A stretch of DNA of 64,000 nt from Nemertoderma westbladi (lineage: Eukaryota; Animalia; Xenacoelomorpha), in contig JAUCBJ010000675.1 of the NCBI GenBank assembly GCA_032718475.1, forward strand, positions 1 through 64,000, read 5' to 3'. This document shows, in pieces, positions 1 through 13,309 of the stretch; the first letter of the stretch is position 1; each line of letters opens with the position of its first letter. A program made the translations under genes and the position numbers. Under the pieces are notes generated by a model. That model worked only from the letters and a program-made list of their open reading frames with translations, ran no database searches and was not told the origin of the DNA.

Positions 1-280
1 TTTACCATTATTTTAAACAAAAGCCACACAAATAGGTCGAAAATACTGGCGGACGAATTTAAACTCTGAAAAAACCGAAACCCGTTAAACAATGGTGACA
101 CCAAAATAATGCTTATAACACATACAAACAATTTATGCTTATAATTAATGCTTAGAATGTAATAGAGTAGTGACTCAAACGCGGCACCAAAACTCTTTGT
201 AAGACGTTTTTATTTACAAAAACGTAATAGGATAGTGACTCAAAAAGCTACAATTAATTAATTACGTTTGAAAATAACAT

Positions 281-2894
281 TTAAATTTGGATCCGCCGAT
301 TTCGCTTTCCACGGAACCGATCCAGAACTGAGTCGGTGGTAGCCTCCACATCTCGGTGGACTGACAAGAGGGCTAGCGCTGAGAGTCGACCCTCGCCCAT
401 GGTGGAACGCAAGTACGTCTTCAACAATTTCAGTTTCGAAAAACTGCGTTCCGCCGTTGCAGCGGTAACCGGTATCGTTCCAAAGAGGCGGAGGAGAGTC
501 GCGACGTGAGGAAGGAAAGCGCGGTTGGCCCGCACCACACACTCCTTCAGAGAGAGACCGCCTTCGCCATTTACCATGCGGAACCACGCCTCAACCTGGG
601 CACGAACGACGGCCAGGGGGGCGTCGAGGTCTGCCTGGTGGAGTGCGGCGACGGCGAGCACTCGATCGATGGAACCCTCGCGAGTAAAATCCGGCAGCAA
701 CTCCTGCAGATCCAGTTGTTGTGGATGGACCCCAAACCGCGACCTGAACTCCGCAATCATATGGTCGACGAATGGCAGGAATGCAGTAATACGGAAGTAT
801 TGTTCTGGGTTCTCAGCCGCAGCGTTGAGTCGGTGGGTTTGTTGACCCACCACCCGCGGAATGACCAGTTCCGCGTCCACTACCTTGGCCAGGGCGGCAG
901 CGAACCCGTAGATCCCAGCAAAAGTGGCATCTGCATCTTGGCGCTCCCTCTCCAGCTCGCTGCGGATGGCATCCAACCGTCGGTACGCATCCCCCAAGTG
1001 TATGGTAGGGTTTTGTAGTGCCTGGCTAACGCCCACCGTCTTGGCCATAATATGGCTGGCCACTGCCAGACTCATGAGGAATGATGGCCTCCGGATCGAC
1101 GCGAGTAGGCCACAAGCATCTGCTGCCACGTCAGCATCACCATGCGCTATGTAGTGCTCGAGTACAGCAACAGTGGCGGGCAGCAGCTCGACGAACGTTG
1201 AGATGGCATCATGCCGCTGCACCCAATGGGTTGGGCACAACTGCAAAAGTCGACGGCGCTTGTGAGCCTGGTCATGGTCATCTCCCTTATAAGCCGCCAC
1301 CACCTCCTCTTCCAATCGACGCACACGTTTGCTCGATCCAAGCAGAAATGTCGCAACACTTGATAAAGCCCCGAACATGACCGCAAACTCCCGGATTTTA
1401 CAACTGGCCGGACAGTGCGAGGTTGAGCCTGGGGCTGGCGCAGTGTACAAATGTTGCGAGGGGCTGTGTACGACAAATGTTTGCCTGGCAGCCATTATAT
1501 ATTCCTGACATGGCCGCAGCACCATCGTAACCCTGCCCGCGGCATTGTTTCGAGGGAGAGGCCCATGCCTTCAATAGGTCGTTGGACCTGATTGGCAAGC
1601 GAGGCACCTGTTAAATTCTCTGCCTCGAAAAATCCCGTGAAGATTTCCTCGATCTCCCCGACTAGACTGACGATCCGGAGGCTAACCCACACCTGTGATA
1701 TCCTCCCTGCATCAGTTGTTTCATCAACAAGAGTCAAGAAGAACCCTGCTTCTTTAATTTGCTGGGACAGCTTCTCTTTAATGACCTCGCCAGAACATTC
1801 TATCAGCCCTGCATCAGTTGTTTCGTCAACAAGAGTCGAGAAGAACCCTGCTTCTTTAATTTGCTGGGACAGCTTCTCTTTAATGACCTCGCCAGAACAT
1901 TCTATCAGGTCGTTCTGAATCGTATTTGAAATGTACTTCGCATTACCCGGCGCGTGCTCCAGCACCGAGGCAAGGGTTTTGTCCCCAGCATCCTCTCGGA
2001 ATCGAAGCAGATTCCTGAATAAACCCTCGTCCGCACCCGTGGTCTCTATTTCTTTCCTCTCAGCAATACCGACACGACCATAGTCCCGGTGTCCACGGAG
2101 AGGAAGATTATTCCGCCCACAGAACAGAACAGTCTTTATGATGGGGGACAGCTTGGCGCGGTTCGCAGCAATGACGGCGGCGTTGGTACCTTCAATCAAT
2201 GATTCAACATTCCTCTCAGGATGATGGAATCCCCCCGTGAATCCACTAGCCCTGGTCATTGCCGTGACATGGGCGGCAGCGCGGTCATGTGCTGCGAGCA
2301 CCTCGGTTGCCTTTTTAAACTTCGTCAATGGAACGGCAACCAGTTGGCGTACGGGTTGCATTTGCCGTCCCCCCAGCCACCCCAACTCTTTCGGCGAAGA
2401 GCAGGCACGCCGCACAGAGGCCGCCTTGCAGGCGACGGCTGTATCCCAGCCAAGGATATAGATCCAACCAGCGAGACTGGAAGCGGCGGCCTTCAACGAT
2501 AGGGAAGTTAAAACCAACATGCAGCCTCCACTTGTTGGTCCAGAGCTGATATTTCTGGCCGTCGTTCAACCGACGATGTCCGCCATCTCTGACACACCGC
2601 CAAATCATCAACAAGGTCATCTTGGGGTGCTGGTGCTAGAGGGAGAGCATCAGTGTCTTCATCAATACCAACCGGGACGGGAGGAGGAACTGGTTCTGAT
2701 AGGACAGCGGCAGCATCTTCCTCAACACCAACCAGGACGGGAGGAGGAACTGGTTCTGATAGGACAGCGGCAGTGTCTTCCTCAACACCAACCAGGACGG
2801 GTGAAGGAACTGGTTCTGATAGGACAGCGCCAATGTCTTCCTCAACACCAACCGGGATGGGAGGCGGAACTGGTGTTGGTACTGGATCTTCCAA
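281..2894 (-). pseudogene. hAT transposase, frameshifted (TTF-like region, DUF4371, hATC dimerisation domain)
   Basis: Motifs FQSRWLDLYPWL, LPLRGH, YISNTIQNDLI, DETTD, CRGQGYDGA, FVHCASPRLNL, CPTHWVQRH and TIPVTAATAERSFSKLKLLKTYLRSTM are spread over five ORFs in different frames. Confidence 0.88.
2650..2890. repeat. 60-bp tandem repeat (about 4 copies) in the transposase N-terminus
   Basis: Repeated unit encoding VLSEPVPPPVLVGVEEDTAA. Confidence 0.85.
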
Positions 2895-3695
2895 ACAAGA
2901 TCTTTTAGAAGAAGAGCCAAAAAAAAGTACGCAATTCTCTTCATTATCGGATTATGATTATTATACTGACCAAATACAGTGAAATACCGGTATAATCTGA
3001 TAATATAATTTCAATACCGATAACAGTATAAGCCTATGGCTATGCTCATGCCAGCATGCTGATAGCCAGATAGCAGGATAGTGATATGCGCGTTTTAAAG
3101 AAACACTAAACTTGAAAAGAATATACCTACCTGTTACCGTTACTGTATGAATAGGCCTACCTCAGTACCCGGTAGGTACTCTTAAAGAATTATGTATGGA
3201 GTAAGGAGGGTAATGCAGTAATGAGTAGGCCTAATGCAGTAATGTAATAGTATGTTACAGTTACAAATGGTTACAATGAACCTAGTTACAATGAAATAAT
3301 GGCGTTTAAATTACATATATTTGGGGTTTGCCAGGGGGGGGGGGGGGCAGCTGCCCCCTTGCCCCCCCCCCCCCCCCCCCCCTAGAACCGCCACTGATGA
3401 GACGTCTCCAGCTTTCCATGTAGACAGGGAACTGATTGCGCGCTGTATTTATAGTGGTGATATGTTGGGAACTGGGGCAGTGCTACGTGCTTTCTCCAGG
3501 CCTTTGAGCAGTGTTAATCTGTAGTCCTGGTCACTGGCAGTACTGGAGGTACTTTTACCTTTATATTGGTCCCATAATGACTGTTCTATTGTGTGGGATA
3601 TTGACTGGTGTGGGTCCCTTCTGTTAATGTTGCTCCAGAGGGGGCAGGGGTTGGATTTTGAGCTGGCTGACCACACCTATTAATCCAACTGGCCA

Positions 3696-4274
3696 CTACG
3701 TTTTATATATAAAATTTCTCAAGTGGCGGGTGGCCCCCTTAGATTCTGTGAATGTCTTTGCTAGGGGGTCATGTTGGTTGATTAGGGACGCCAGGCGGCC
3801 CAGAAGGTTATTATACTCGACGGTACCTTTACTACTGTCCGGTGCGTAGCAGGATAGGATCAAGTATTGATGGCCATTTGGTGTCCTCCCAAGAACTCCG
3901 ACTATATCGTCGCTGCAATCGATTCTATTCCAATTCTCGAAGATGTCCTTGCTGAAGAGCAGGGCACCCCCGCCAGACCCTCTTTTCCTATCCGGGTTAG
4001 ACATCCTCTCACTCACACTGTACACGCGTTCAAGGTTATTGCCCATGTTCTCCAGTAGGGTTTTTGCTTCGATGTTGTCTAGCCAGTGCTCCTGAATGCC
4101 AAGAACTTTGTGGCCTTTGAGAAGGTCTAGAATAAATGTGGAATTTGATGAAAATCTGTGTGTATTGAAAAAGCATACTTTTAGAGTCTGTTCCGAATTG
4201 TCTAGGCTCTCCGCCGGTATAATTTCTGTTAAACCCGCTGTCCGGGGTGTCGTGAGGGGTGTTAGTTGGGACAT
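3696..4274 (-). pseudogene. LINE ORF2 apurinic-like (EEP) endonuclease fragment
   Basis: N-terminal EEP motifs as above; frame breaks downstream. Confidence 0.75.
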
Positions 4275-7189
4275 TGTGGTTGATTAGGGCTACTGTACTG
4301 ATTGCTCTGGTTCCTGTTGTTGTCGATCCATTCACGGCAGGTGATACCAGGGGACTAGAAACCTTGGGCAGTTACGTGCTCAATGCCGGTTCTGTTGATT
4401 GTTATTCTCATGTTCTTAGCATTTGTGAAGTTATTAATTCATGTGGTTAATCGGTGAACTTGTATTGTACCCTGTTTCTATCTAGGAACTGTAGGATGTT
4501 GTCTTCTGTTTCAGAGATTGAGATTCTGTTGACAAACACAGAGCAGACATTTAAGGGTTTGGATCCCTTGTTCAGGATGTTCACGATTCTTTTGGGAGGC
4601 TGCTGTTGGGTTGTTGGGCCTTTGTGGTCCTAGTGTGTACCGTTGCGGTGCCTGCTTTGGATGGAAGCTGGGGGGGGGGGGGGGGGGGTCAGGCATATGG
4701 GGGTATGGTGTTTGGATACTGCCTGATGACTGTCCATTGGGGTTCTGGGCCTGTATGTTTCATTTAATATTGCTGCGTCGACTCCAGTGTGTCGTCGCTC
4801 CAGGGTTGTCATACTGTGACCAGGGGGCTTTGAGGTAGTTTGACCCATGGTTATTCGTCGTTAGGTCTTGTGAGGAGCTAGTATGTGGTATAGTTTTTAC
4901 ATGGGCTTGTTGGTATTTTGGTCTTGACTGGTGGCATTAGCCACTGTCAGGAGATATAGAGGCAATTTCACATAGGCGATTATCGATTACTGCTTACTCG
5001 GGGAGGGAGTCTAGGTCTGCTGGGGATGCTGCAGTTAGGGTTCACCCTTGGGATGGGGGGTTTCTTTGGTTCCACATGGGAAGGTTGGTCCCAGTTGTTT
5101 GTATTGACTTCCCTGCAGTTGTCATAGATGTTACTCGACCAAACGTTTTTAATTGATTGTGCACTGGTTGTGTTGTGGAAAGCATGCCTATTTGGGGGTG
5201 CTATCCAGGTTTTATAATATAGCTGGGATGTCTCCTTATTGAGTTCTTTGGCTGTAGGTCTGGGCTTGGGGTTGTTGCTAGCGTGTGGTTGGTGTACAGG
5301 AGCGGCTGCCTTGAGTACTCTGCTAAGCCGGAGTTTGAGGAGTGTTCTAACTTGTCGTTCCTGTTCCAGATCAGATTCCAGAGATTTGACACGTGCAATT
5401 ATTATGGTGGGGTTGAGGCTGTTGTTGTCCTCCAGCTGGGATACTGTGGCAGTCGGCTTGAATGTGGTCTCCTTCGCGATTGTTTCTAACCCTGTGAGAT
5501 GGTGTTCGAGAACTGTTCTACCATGTCAATCCAGTTCCAGTTCAGCTTCCAGTGTTTTGATGCGTTCATCCATCAGGCTGTTATCCCTTTCAGTGATGCA
5601 AATCCGAGATTGAAGTGTGGCCACTGCTGATAGGAAGTCATTTCGCAGCCCCTCTATGGTAATATCTGAATCACCCATCGTTTCCACTTTGCATAGGCAT
5701 TTTCTGCATGATTCCAAGAATTGATGTTCTGATGTTCAACGTATCAGCTCCAGGATGTCAACTGCTAGCTCGTGACTAGACGTACGTGGGCGAAGTTTCA
5801 GGGTATGACTCTGTACTAGGGACATTAATGGCTTCACTTCTTCTAGCAGACTGGACCTGGTTAAGGTGATGGTGTCTGTGTTTTCAGACATGATTTTCCA
5901 CAGAGCCTCCTTCCTCGGCAAATGAATAAGGAATTTAAGGTCCGTTATATCTGTGGGATGTGGTGATATGTTTAGTTGTGCTGGAATTCGTGGTCACTGT
6001 TTATCAAGGCAGTGGATTGCAGCTGTTTCATTGAACACTTGGATTTTTGTTTCATATAAGCAGTTCCACAACCAGCAACGGAGTTTTTGGCTGTCTGAAT
6101 GTAATCCGAGTATACTCCCACTTTTGGAGGCTATGGCAAGGGCGTATAGGCAGACGAATGCGCCGCAGTCATGGCTGTTCGATTGACCGGGTAGGGTCTT
6201 GTATATTGTTCATGAACTGTCCAGGGAGTGGAGTCTGAGTTTATTCTATGAACTAGGTTGAGTAGCTTGGATATCGATGTGGCTATTCTGTTAGTGTAAG
6301 TGGATGAGAGGCTACAGAGTGTGTAGATTTTCTTTATTTGTTGGTTTGCGATATGTAGGACAAAGTGTGAGAGGTGGCAATCTGGGAATAGGATAAATGG
6401 TGTGGTGGCAGGATCACATGAGTTAGTAATGTAAGAGACTGCGCTTGCAGTGTCGCAGGTGGGTTGTCGTAGCTTAGAGCAGAGAGAAGAATCTATGCAG
6501 CTGACTGTTCCAAATTTGCATTTGAGAATTGATAAGGAATGAGTCAATAATTACTGTAGATAAGTAGGCATTGTTGTCGAAATATTTCGAGTCCGGATCC
6601 CAGGGTTTTAGGAGAACTAGGCCTCTCTGGGTGGTTGGCTTTGTCGTGGCCGCGATGATGACTGCTTCTTCATGAAAACCATCTTCTATGTCGGGGTAGG
6701 TGATAATATGTTCGGCTTCCTGAGTGGGGAGAACTTATTTTATTAGTATTAGCTCGTAAGCATGGGTGGTAATGGGCTGGCTGGGTCCTGGTCCTAGGGT
6801 TGACCTTGTAGATGTCATGCTGCAGTCGGGTGTGGTGATCGGATTCGACCTTGGCTGTGTTCCTGGACTGTGGGTCTGTTGTGGGGGTTAAATGAGAGGT
6901 CCGTGTGCCATTGTCGAGGGGTTTGATGCTGGTATCATAGCAGACGTCTTCTGTAGGAGTTAAAAAGTTAAGAGTGTCAGGATTAACGTACTGGGTTGAG
7001 GTACATAGTGGGGGTTTCTGTGTGGTGTAGTTGTGACAGTTGTATTGTTTCCTTGTAACCCAGGTGCCATCCTCAGTGAGATCTTCAATAGTGCCTAGGT
7101 GTGTTTCAGTCATAGTGTATTTGTCGGGTTTGAAGAAGTCTGTAATTGTCCAACTCGACACGGATCCCTTTGTACTCGAGGAAATCGAC

Positions 7190-7915
7190 CCAGCTCCCAT
7201 CATAGTCGACCCCAATCCTGTCGTAGTTGGCCCAGAACTCGTTGTAGTCGACCTAGAACTCGTCGTAGTCGACCCCAATCCCATCGTAGTCAGCCCAGAA
7301 CTCATCGTAGTCGACCGAGAGCTCGTCGTTGTCGACCCAGAACTCGTCGTAGTCGACCCGGATCCCATCGTAGTCAACCCAGATCCCATCGTAGTCGACC
7401 CGTATCCCATCGTAGTCGACCCGGATACCATCATAGTCATCCCGGATCCCGTCGTAGTCGACCTGGATCCCATCGTAGTCAACCCGGATCCCGTCATAGT
7501 TAACCCGGATCCCATCGTAGTCGACCTGGATCACATTGTAGTCAACCCGGATCCCGCTGTAGTCGACCCGGATCCCATTGTAGTTGACCCAGATCTCGTC
7601 GTAGTCGACCCAGATCCCATTGTAGTCGACCCGGATCCCATCGTAGTCGACCCGGATACCGTCATAGTCATCCCAGATCCCGTCGTAGTAGACCTGGATC
7701 CCATCGTAGTCGACCCGGATCCCATCATAGTTGATCCGGATCCCGTCGTCGTTGACTCGGATCACGTCGTAGTCAACCCGGATCCTGTCATAGTCGACCT
7801 GGATCCCGTCGTAGTCGACCCGGATCTCATCGTAGTCAACCCGGATCCCGTCGTAGTCGACCCAGATGCCGTCGTAGTCGACCTGGATCCTGTCATAGTC
7901 GACCCAAATACCTTT
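7190..7915. repeat. 21-bp minisatellite (GATCCCATCGTAGTCGACCCG-like)
   Basis: About 34 imperfect copies; reads TTMGSGS on the minus strand and VVDPDPI on the plus strand. Confidence 0.95.
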
Positions 7916-7924
7916 ATAGTACAA

Positions 7925-8855
7925 CCCGTCGTTTCCGAGGGAGTTGAACCGGAACCCGACATTACTGAGGGAGTTGAACCGGAACCCATCGTTGCTGAGG
8001 AAGTTGAACCGGAACCCGTCATTACCAAGTGATTTGAACCAGAACCCGTCGTTTTCGAGGGAGTTGAACTGGGTATCGTCGTGGTCGAGGGTGTTAAACT
8101 GGAACCCATCGATACCAAGGGAGTTGAACCGGAACCCGTCATTACCAAGGGAGTTGAACCAGAACCCATCGTTTCCAAGGGAGTTGAACCGGGTAGCGTC
8201 GTGGTCGAGGGTGTAAAACCTGATCCCATAGTTTCCAAGGGTGTTGAACTGTAACCCGTCATTACTGAGGGTGTTGAACTGGAACCCGTCATTACCGAGG
8301 GAGATGAACCGGAACCCATCGTTACCGAGGGAGTTGAACCGGAACCCATTGTTACGAATGGGGTTGAACCAGAACCCATCATTTCCGAGAGAGTTGAACT
8401 GGGTAGCATCGTGGTCGAGGATGTTAATCCTGATCCCATCATATCCGAGGGTGTTGAACCGGAACCCGTCATTACCGAGGGGGTTAAACCGGAACCCGTC
8501 GTTACCAAGGGAGTTGAACCGGATCCCGTCCTTTCCGAGAGATTTGAACTGGAACCGGTCATTTCTGAGGGAGTTGAACCGGATACCGTCATTTCCGAGG
8601 GAATTGAACCAGAACACATCTTTTCCAAGGGAGTTGAACCAGAACCCGTCATTTCCGAGGGAGTTGAACCAGAACCCATAGTTTCCAAGGGAGTTGAACC
8701 GGAACCCATCATTTCCGAGGGAGTTGAACCAGAACCCGTAGTTTCCAAGGGAGTTGAACCGGAACCCATCATTACCGAGGGAGTTGAAGCGGAACCCGTC
8801 GTTTCCAAGGGAGTTGAACCGGAACCCATTTTTACCAAGGGAGTTGAACCGGATA
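7925..8855. repeat. 30-bp minisatellite (CCGTCATTTCCGAGGGAGTTGAACCGGAAC-like)
   Basis: About 31 imperfect copies; reads GSGSTPSEMT on the minus strand and EGVEPEPVIS on the plus strand. Confidence 0.95.
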
Positions 8856-10244
8856 TTGATGTTGGCAAGATAGTAGAATCAGAACCCAACAGCGTCGGGG
8901 GCCTAGATCCGGGCAGGGTACCAGGGGGTCCGGTTCTATTATCGGGTGTAGACGAAATTGGTGCGAATGGGGGTGAAGAGGATGCCGATGCTGGTCTATT
9001 TGCACACGGTATCTTCGATTGAGTCGTTGCTGTGCCTGTGGCACGCGTGTCCCGCCTATAGCGGCTGAGACAGCTCCTTGCCTTTAGCAGGGGTGCGTTC
9101 TACAACCATTCCACTGGTTTGACAGTTTGAGTGGTGGAGCAAGATGTGCTTATCTTTGAAATTGGGGTGCTTATCACTTTTGTTCAGTGGTTTAGTTTTA
9201 GTACCGGTATGGTACAGCTGTATGTATGTTGTATGTATGTTAAATACACAAGGTTCTAGAACATTTTGTTTATGTATTAATAGCTACGCGGTAGAGATAT
9301 TACATAGGCATACCGTTGTTGCCAACCAACTCATAAAATAAATTACTCGTTCTAGAATTTTGTGTAGAATGAATGGCCTTCAGCGAATGATCGTTCTTGC
9401 AATCTTTGAAAGCCTATATCTCAGCTGTTTCTCAACGAAATTCAGATATTGTTACATATATGGAATCCTCGCAAAGCAATATTTGTAATGATATGAAAAA
9501 AATACGACTAAATGTGTAGAGTGGCCACGATACGGAGGGTGTGATTTCGCGAAAGTTTTTCTCATCCTCATTTGATACTCCTTTTTTCCGTTTAAACTCC
9601 CTCATAAGGGATATTTTAATTTTTAATACTTTTTTTTTTAATTTTACAATGATAATTTAATTTAACTCAACTAATAGCACCTTTAAACGTATATTTACAA
9701 TTACATAACATTATATTTACAATATTTTATATGTGTGATTCCTACCATATACCTACATTAACTTGATTTCATGTTCCTGTTCCATTTATACACCATATGT
9801 TGGTAATAAAGTTTTAGTTTCTATAAGGGATATTATATCATCTTGTAGCTTGATAAAACCCTCGGTGTCCATTACGCTATTAGTAGTGGCAGAGTGAGAT
9901 TAAAATTATGAAAATGATCTGAAAATGACACTATATTACGGGTCTTGGACTGTGTACGGTAGTCCCATGTCCTGTAGTACAACAAAAGTACATTCTTTTT
10001 GAGTTTTTTATGTAGATAAACAATGATATGAAATTCAATTCCTTATTTCACATTATTAATCCTTTCCTTGTGAGGGTCTAAAGCGTTCTATTAAGATACT
10101 TGGATGTACAGTATGTGCCTGGTGTGTACATACAGGTAAGATAATTAACACTCTAAACTAAATTAGAAGGGCGAGTGTTTTCAACAATCTGGACATTAGT
10201 ATTTTAGAGACCTGACTGGAACGAACAGATGCGATGTTGGGGAA

Positions 10245-11857
10245 GCATCCGCACCCATTCCGCATCCGTACCCATTCAGCATCCGCACCTATTCCGCATC
10301 CGCACCCATTCCGCATTCGCACCCATTCAGCATCCGCACCCATTCCGCATTCACACCCATTCTGCATCCGCACCCATTCCGCATCCGCACCTATTCCACA
10401 TCCGCACCTATACCGCATCCGCACCCATTCCGCATCCGTACCCATTCAGCATCCGCACCTATTCCGCATCCGCACCCATTCCGCATTCGCACCCATTCAG
10501 CATCCGCACCTATTCCACATCCGCACCTATACCGCATCCGCACCCATTCCGCATCCGCACCCATTCCGCATCTGCACCTATTCCGCATCCGCACCTATAC
10601 CGCATCCGCACCCATTCCGCATCCGCACCCATTTAGCATCCGCACCTATTCCGCACCCGCACCCATTCCGCATTCGCACCCATTCAGCATCCGCACCCAT
10701 TCCACATCCGCACCCATTCCGCATTCACACCCATTCCGCATCCGCACCCATTCCGCATCCGCACCTATTCCGCATCCGCACCTATACCGCATCCGCACCC
10801 ATTCCGCATCCGCACCCATTCAGCATCCGCACCTATTCCGCATTCGCACCCATTCAGCATCCGCACCTATTCCACATCCGCACCTATACCGCATCCGCAC
10901 CCATTCCGCATCCGTACCCATTCAGCATCCGCACCTATTCCGCATCCGCACCCATTCCGCATTCGCACCCATTCAGCATCCGCACCTATTCCGCATCCGC
11001 ACCCATACCGCATTCACACCCATTCCGCATCCGCACCCATTCCGCATCTGCACCTATTCCGCATCCGCACCTATACCGCATCCGCACCCATTCCGCATCC
11101 GCACCCATTTAGCATCCGCACCTATTCCGCACCCGCACCCATTCCGCATTCGCACCCATTCAGCATCCGCACCCATTCCACATCCGCACCCATTCCGCAT
11201 TCACACCCATTCCGCATCCGCACCCATTCCGCATCCGCACCTATTCCGCATCCGCACCTATACCGCATCCGCACCCATTCCGCATCCGCACCCATTCAGC
11301 ATCCGCACCTATTCCGCACCCGCACCCATTCCGCATTCGCACAAATTCAGCGTCCGCACCCATTCCGCATCCGCACCCATTCCGCATTCACACCCTTTCC
11401 GCATCCACACCCATTCCGCATCCGCACCTATACCGCATCCGTACCCATTCCGCATCCGCACCCATTCAGCATCCGCACCTATTCCGCATCCGCACCCATT
11501 CGCATCCGCACCCATTCAGCATCCGCACCTATTTCGCATCCGCACCCATTCCGCATTCGCACCCATTCAGCATCCGCTCCCATTCCGCATCCGCACCCAT
11601 TCCGCATCCGCACCTATACCGCATCCGCACCCATTCAGCATCCGCACCTATTCCGCATCCGCACCCATTCCGCATCCGCACCTATACCGCATCCGTACCC
11701 ATTCCGCATCCGCACCCATTCAGCATCCGCACCTATTCCGCATCCGCACCCATTCGCATCCGCACCCATTCAGCATCCGCACCCATTCCGCATTCGCACC
11801 CATTCAGCATCCGCACCCATTCCGCATCCGCACCCATTCCGCATACACATCCGCACA
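10245..11857. repeat. 17-bp GC-rich satellite array (CCGCATCCGCACCCATT)n, about 1.6 kb
   Basis: Continuous imperfect tandem array; the ORFs across it are repeat artefacts. Confidence 0.97.
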
Positions 11858-12193
11858 TTCTTCATTAAATATTTCATTCATTTTATTATTCACTTTTATT
11901 TATTTATTAATCACTTTACAGAATTAATAATAAAAATGCAGTGATAATATAATATTGAAGTGGAATTACATTGTTATAAATAAACATGTCCTAAACTATA
12001 ATCTACAGTCTAATCCTACAGTGGGCCTACACCAGTGCTACAGTACAGTACCATTATCTACAGTAGGTAATAGTTGTATCAATTAAGTACAACATATTCG
12101 TGGTGAATGCCCATTGGTCTACTGCAAGGCCTTGGTCTACCTGTACTGTATATAAGTGAATAAAATGTTCCCCTGCCGTTCTTAACGAGTTCA

Positions 12194-12298
12194 TTAAAAT
12201 TCATCGTGTCGCTTCAATGCGTCGCCATACTCTGTTGCTTGGCTACCAACAAACACATCGTGATGGTTTAAAATCTCTTCTTTATCGAGTTTATTATC
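12194..12298 (-). CDS. CALU: Calumenin/CREC family, last coding exon (6): [34 protein letters not shown]
   Basis: Acceptor TTCCTTCCACAG, phase 0; hallmark FVGSQAT and C-terminal HDEF ER-retrieval signal. AATAAA signals follow at ~11880-11910 on the minus strand. Confidence 0.95.
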   Translation of the reverse strand, partial: DNKLDKEEILNHHDVFVGSQATEYGDALKRHDEF

Positions 12299-13309
12299 CT
12301 GTGGAAGGAAAATTAATCATATTAGTTTATTATTTATATGGTTAACCATAATTTATTTAATATTTTAGTAAAGCTGAAAATTAGAAGACAGGTATTATGA
12401 GAACAGCAGGGCATTATTATACAGTATTATAGTATACTGTAGTATAATAATTTATTAATACTATAGTTTATCACATGTTGTCACTTATTTTTAGCGGTTG
12501 ATATATTGTACAGTATATCACACCGTGTGATATACAGTTAGCTATATTCAAAAATTATTTGAAACTTGTATTACTAATTAATTGCTTTTTTTAATTACAA
12601 AAATGATACAGTATACTAGCTAGATTTTGCTATTTTTAATATTTTGTGTAGGCCCTAAACAATGTTCGATATTAAAAAAACATATACATCTTCATTTATT
12701 TTTTTTTGACTTTGACTCTTTTAGTGTGAACGCCGCCTAAGGTGGTGTATAAATAATCGTTCCCCTGTGTTTAAAATATAATCAAGATATTTTTCCAAAA
12801 TATGTTCTGGAATAAAAAATATTTGTAACTGAGGGTTCATTTTTTCAAAATAAATAGCTAGCATATTCTAGAACGATTTCTACACAAAAAGCAACAGGTA
12901 CTAGCTATAATAAAAAATTGGAGAGGAAAATACCAAATTGTGGAGTGGGGTTCGCTTTATCTTATTATGCAGGATTGCCCTCTTCGTGTTCAAGAAGTTC
13001 GAACACATGTGATAAACACTGTTCTAGGAGTGATATACGATATATCAACCTTCACTCATAGAACAGGTGATATTCTCTGTATATCATAAAGTGAGTTGCT
13101 TATTATATTAATATTAGTCATTTTAATAATTGCATGCCATTTAAAGACGTGAAAATAATTAGTTCAAATTATCAATAACAAATATAAATTATAAAATTAG
13201 TACAATAGTCAATAATTATTAATACTACATCACAATTAATTATTCCATATTTTTTCCGTAAGTAATAATATGATTTTTAATTTCTGCGTTTGTTTTCACA
13301 TATATTATT

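Larger units (their letters stand above)
1..3396 (-). mobile_element. hAT-family DNA transposon (THAP12/PRKRIR- or ZMYM1-like transposase), degenerate; the other end lies outside the window
   Basis: The element terminus reads CAGTGGCGGTTCTAG followed by a G run on the minus strand and ends at 3396; the adjacent 8 bp ATGAGACG is the candidate TSD. Transposase motifs are inside, and the element abuts and interrupts a LINE endonuclease region. Confidence 0.85.
3397..9300 (-). mobile_element. Degenerate non-LTR retrotransposon (L2/CR1/Jockey-group-like): long ORF1 region plus start of ORF2 (APE endonuclease), cut by the hAT insertion
   Basis: ORF 3696..4274 has APE motifs (LKVCFFN, VLGIQEHWL, GGGALL, ILSCYAP). 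Upstream are an RRM-like segment (SVFVNRISISETEDNILQFL ... PGITCREW) at ~4330-4560 and a coiled coil (ITERDNSLMDERIKTLEAELE) at ~5530-5650. The sense strand is A/C-rich. The 5' boundary is approximate. Confidence 0.65.

Noticed and set aside
506-1380. Plus-strand ORFs overlapping the hAT transposase
   Set aside because: Antisense open frames of GC-rich coding sequence.
7040-9022. Plus-strand acidic proteins (VVDPDPI / EGVEPEPVIS) as a host gene
   Set aside because: Antisense shadow of the repeat arrays, broken by stops and without a credible start; the minus frame is continuous with the LINE-like flanks.
10158-11515. His/Pro-rich or Cys/Gly-rich ORFs
   Set aside because: Translations of a 17-bp satellite whose unit is not a multiple of 3; no start context or splice support.
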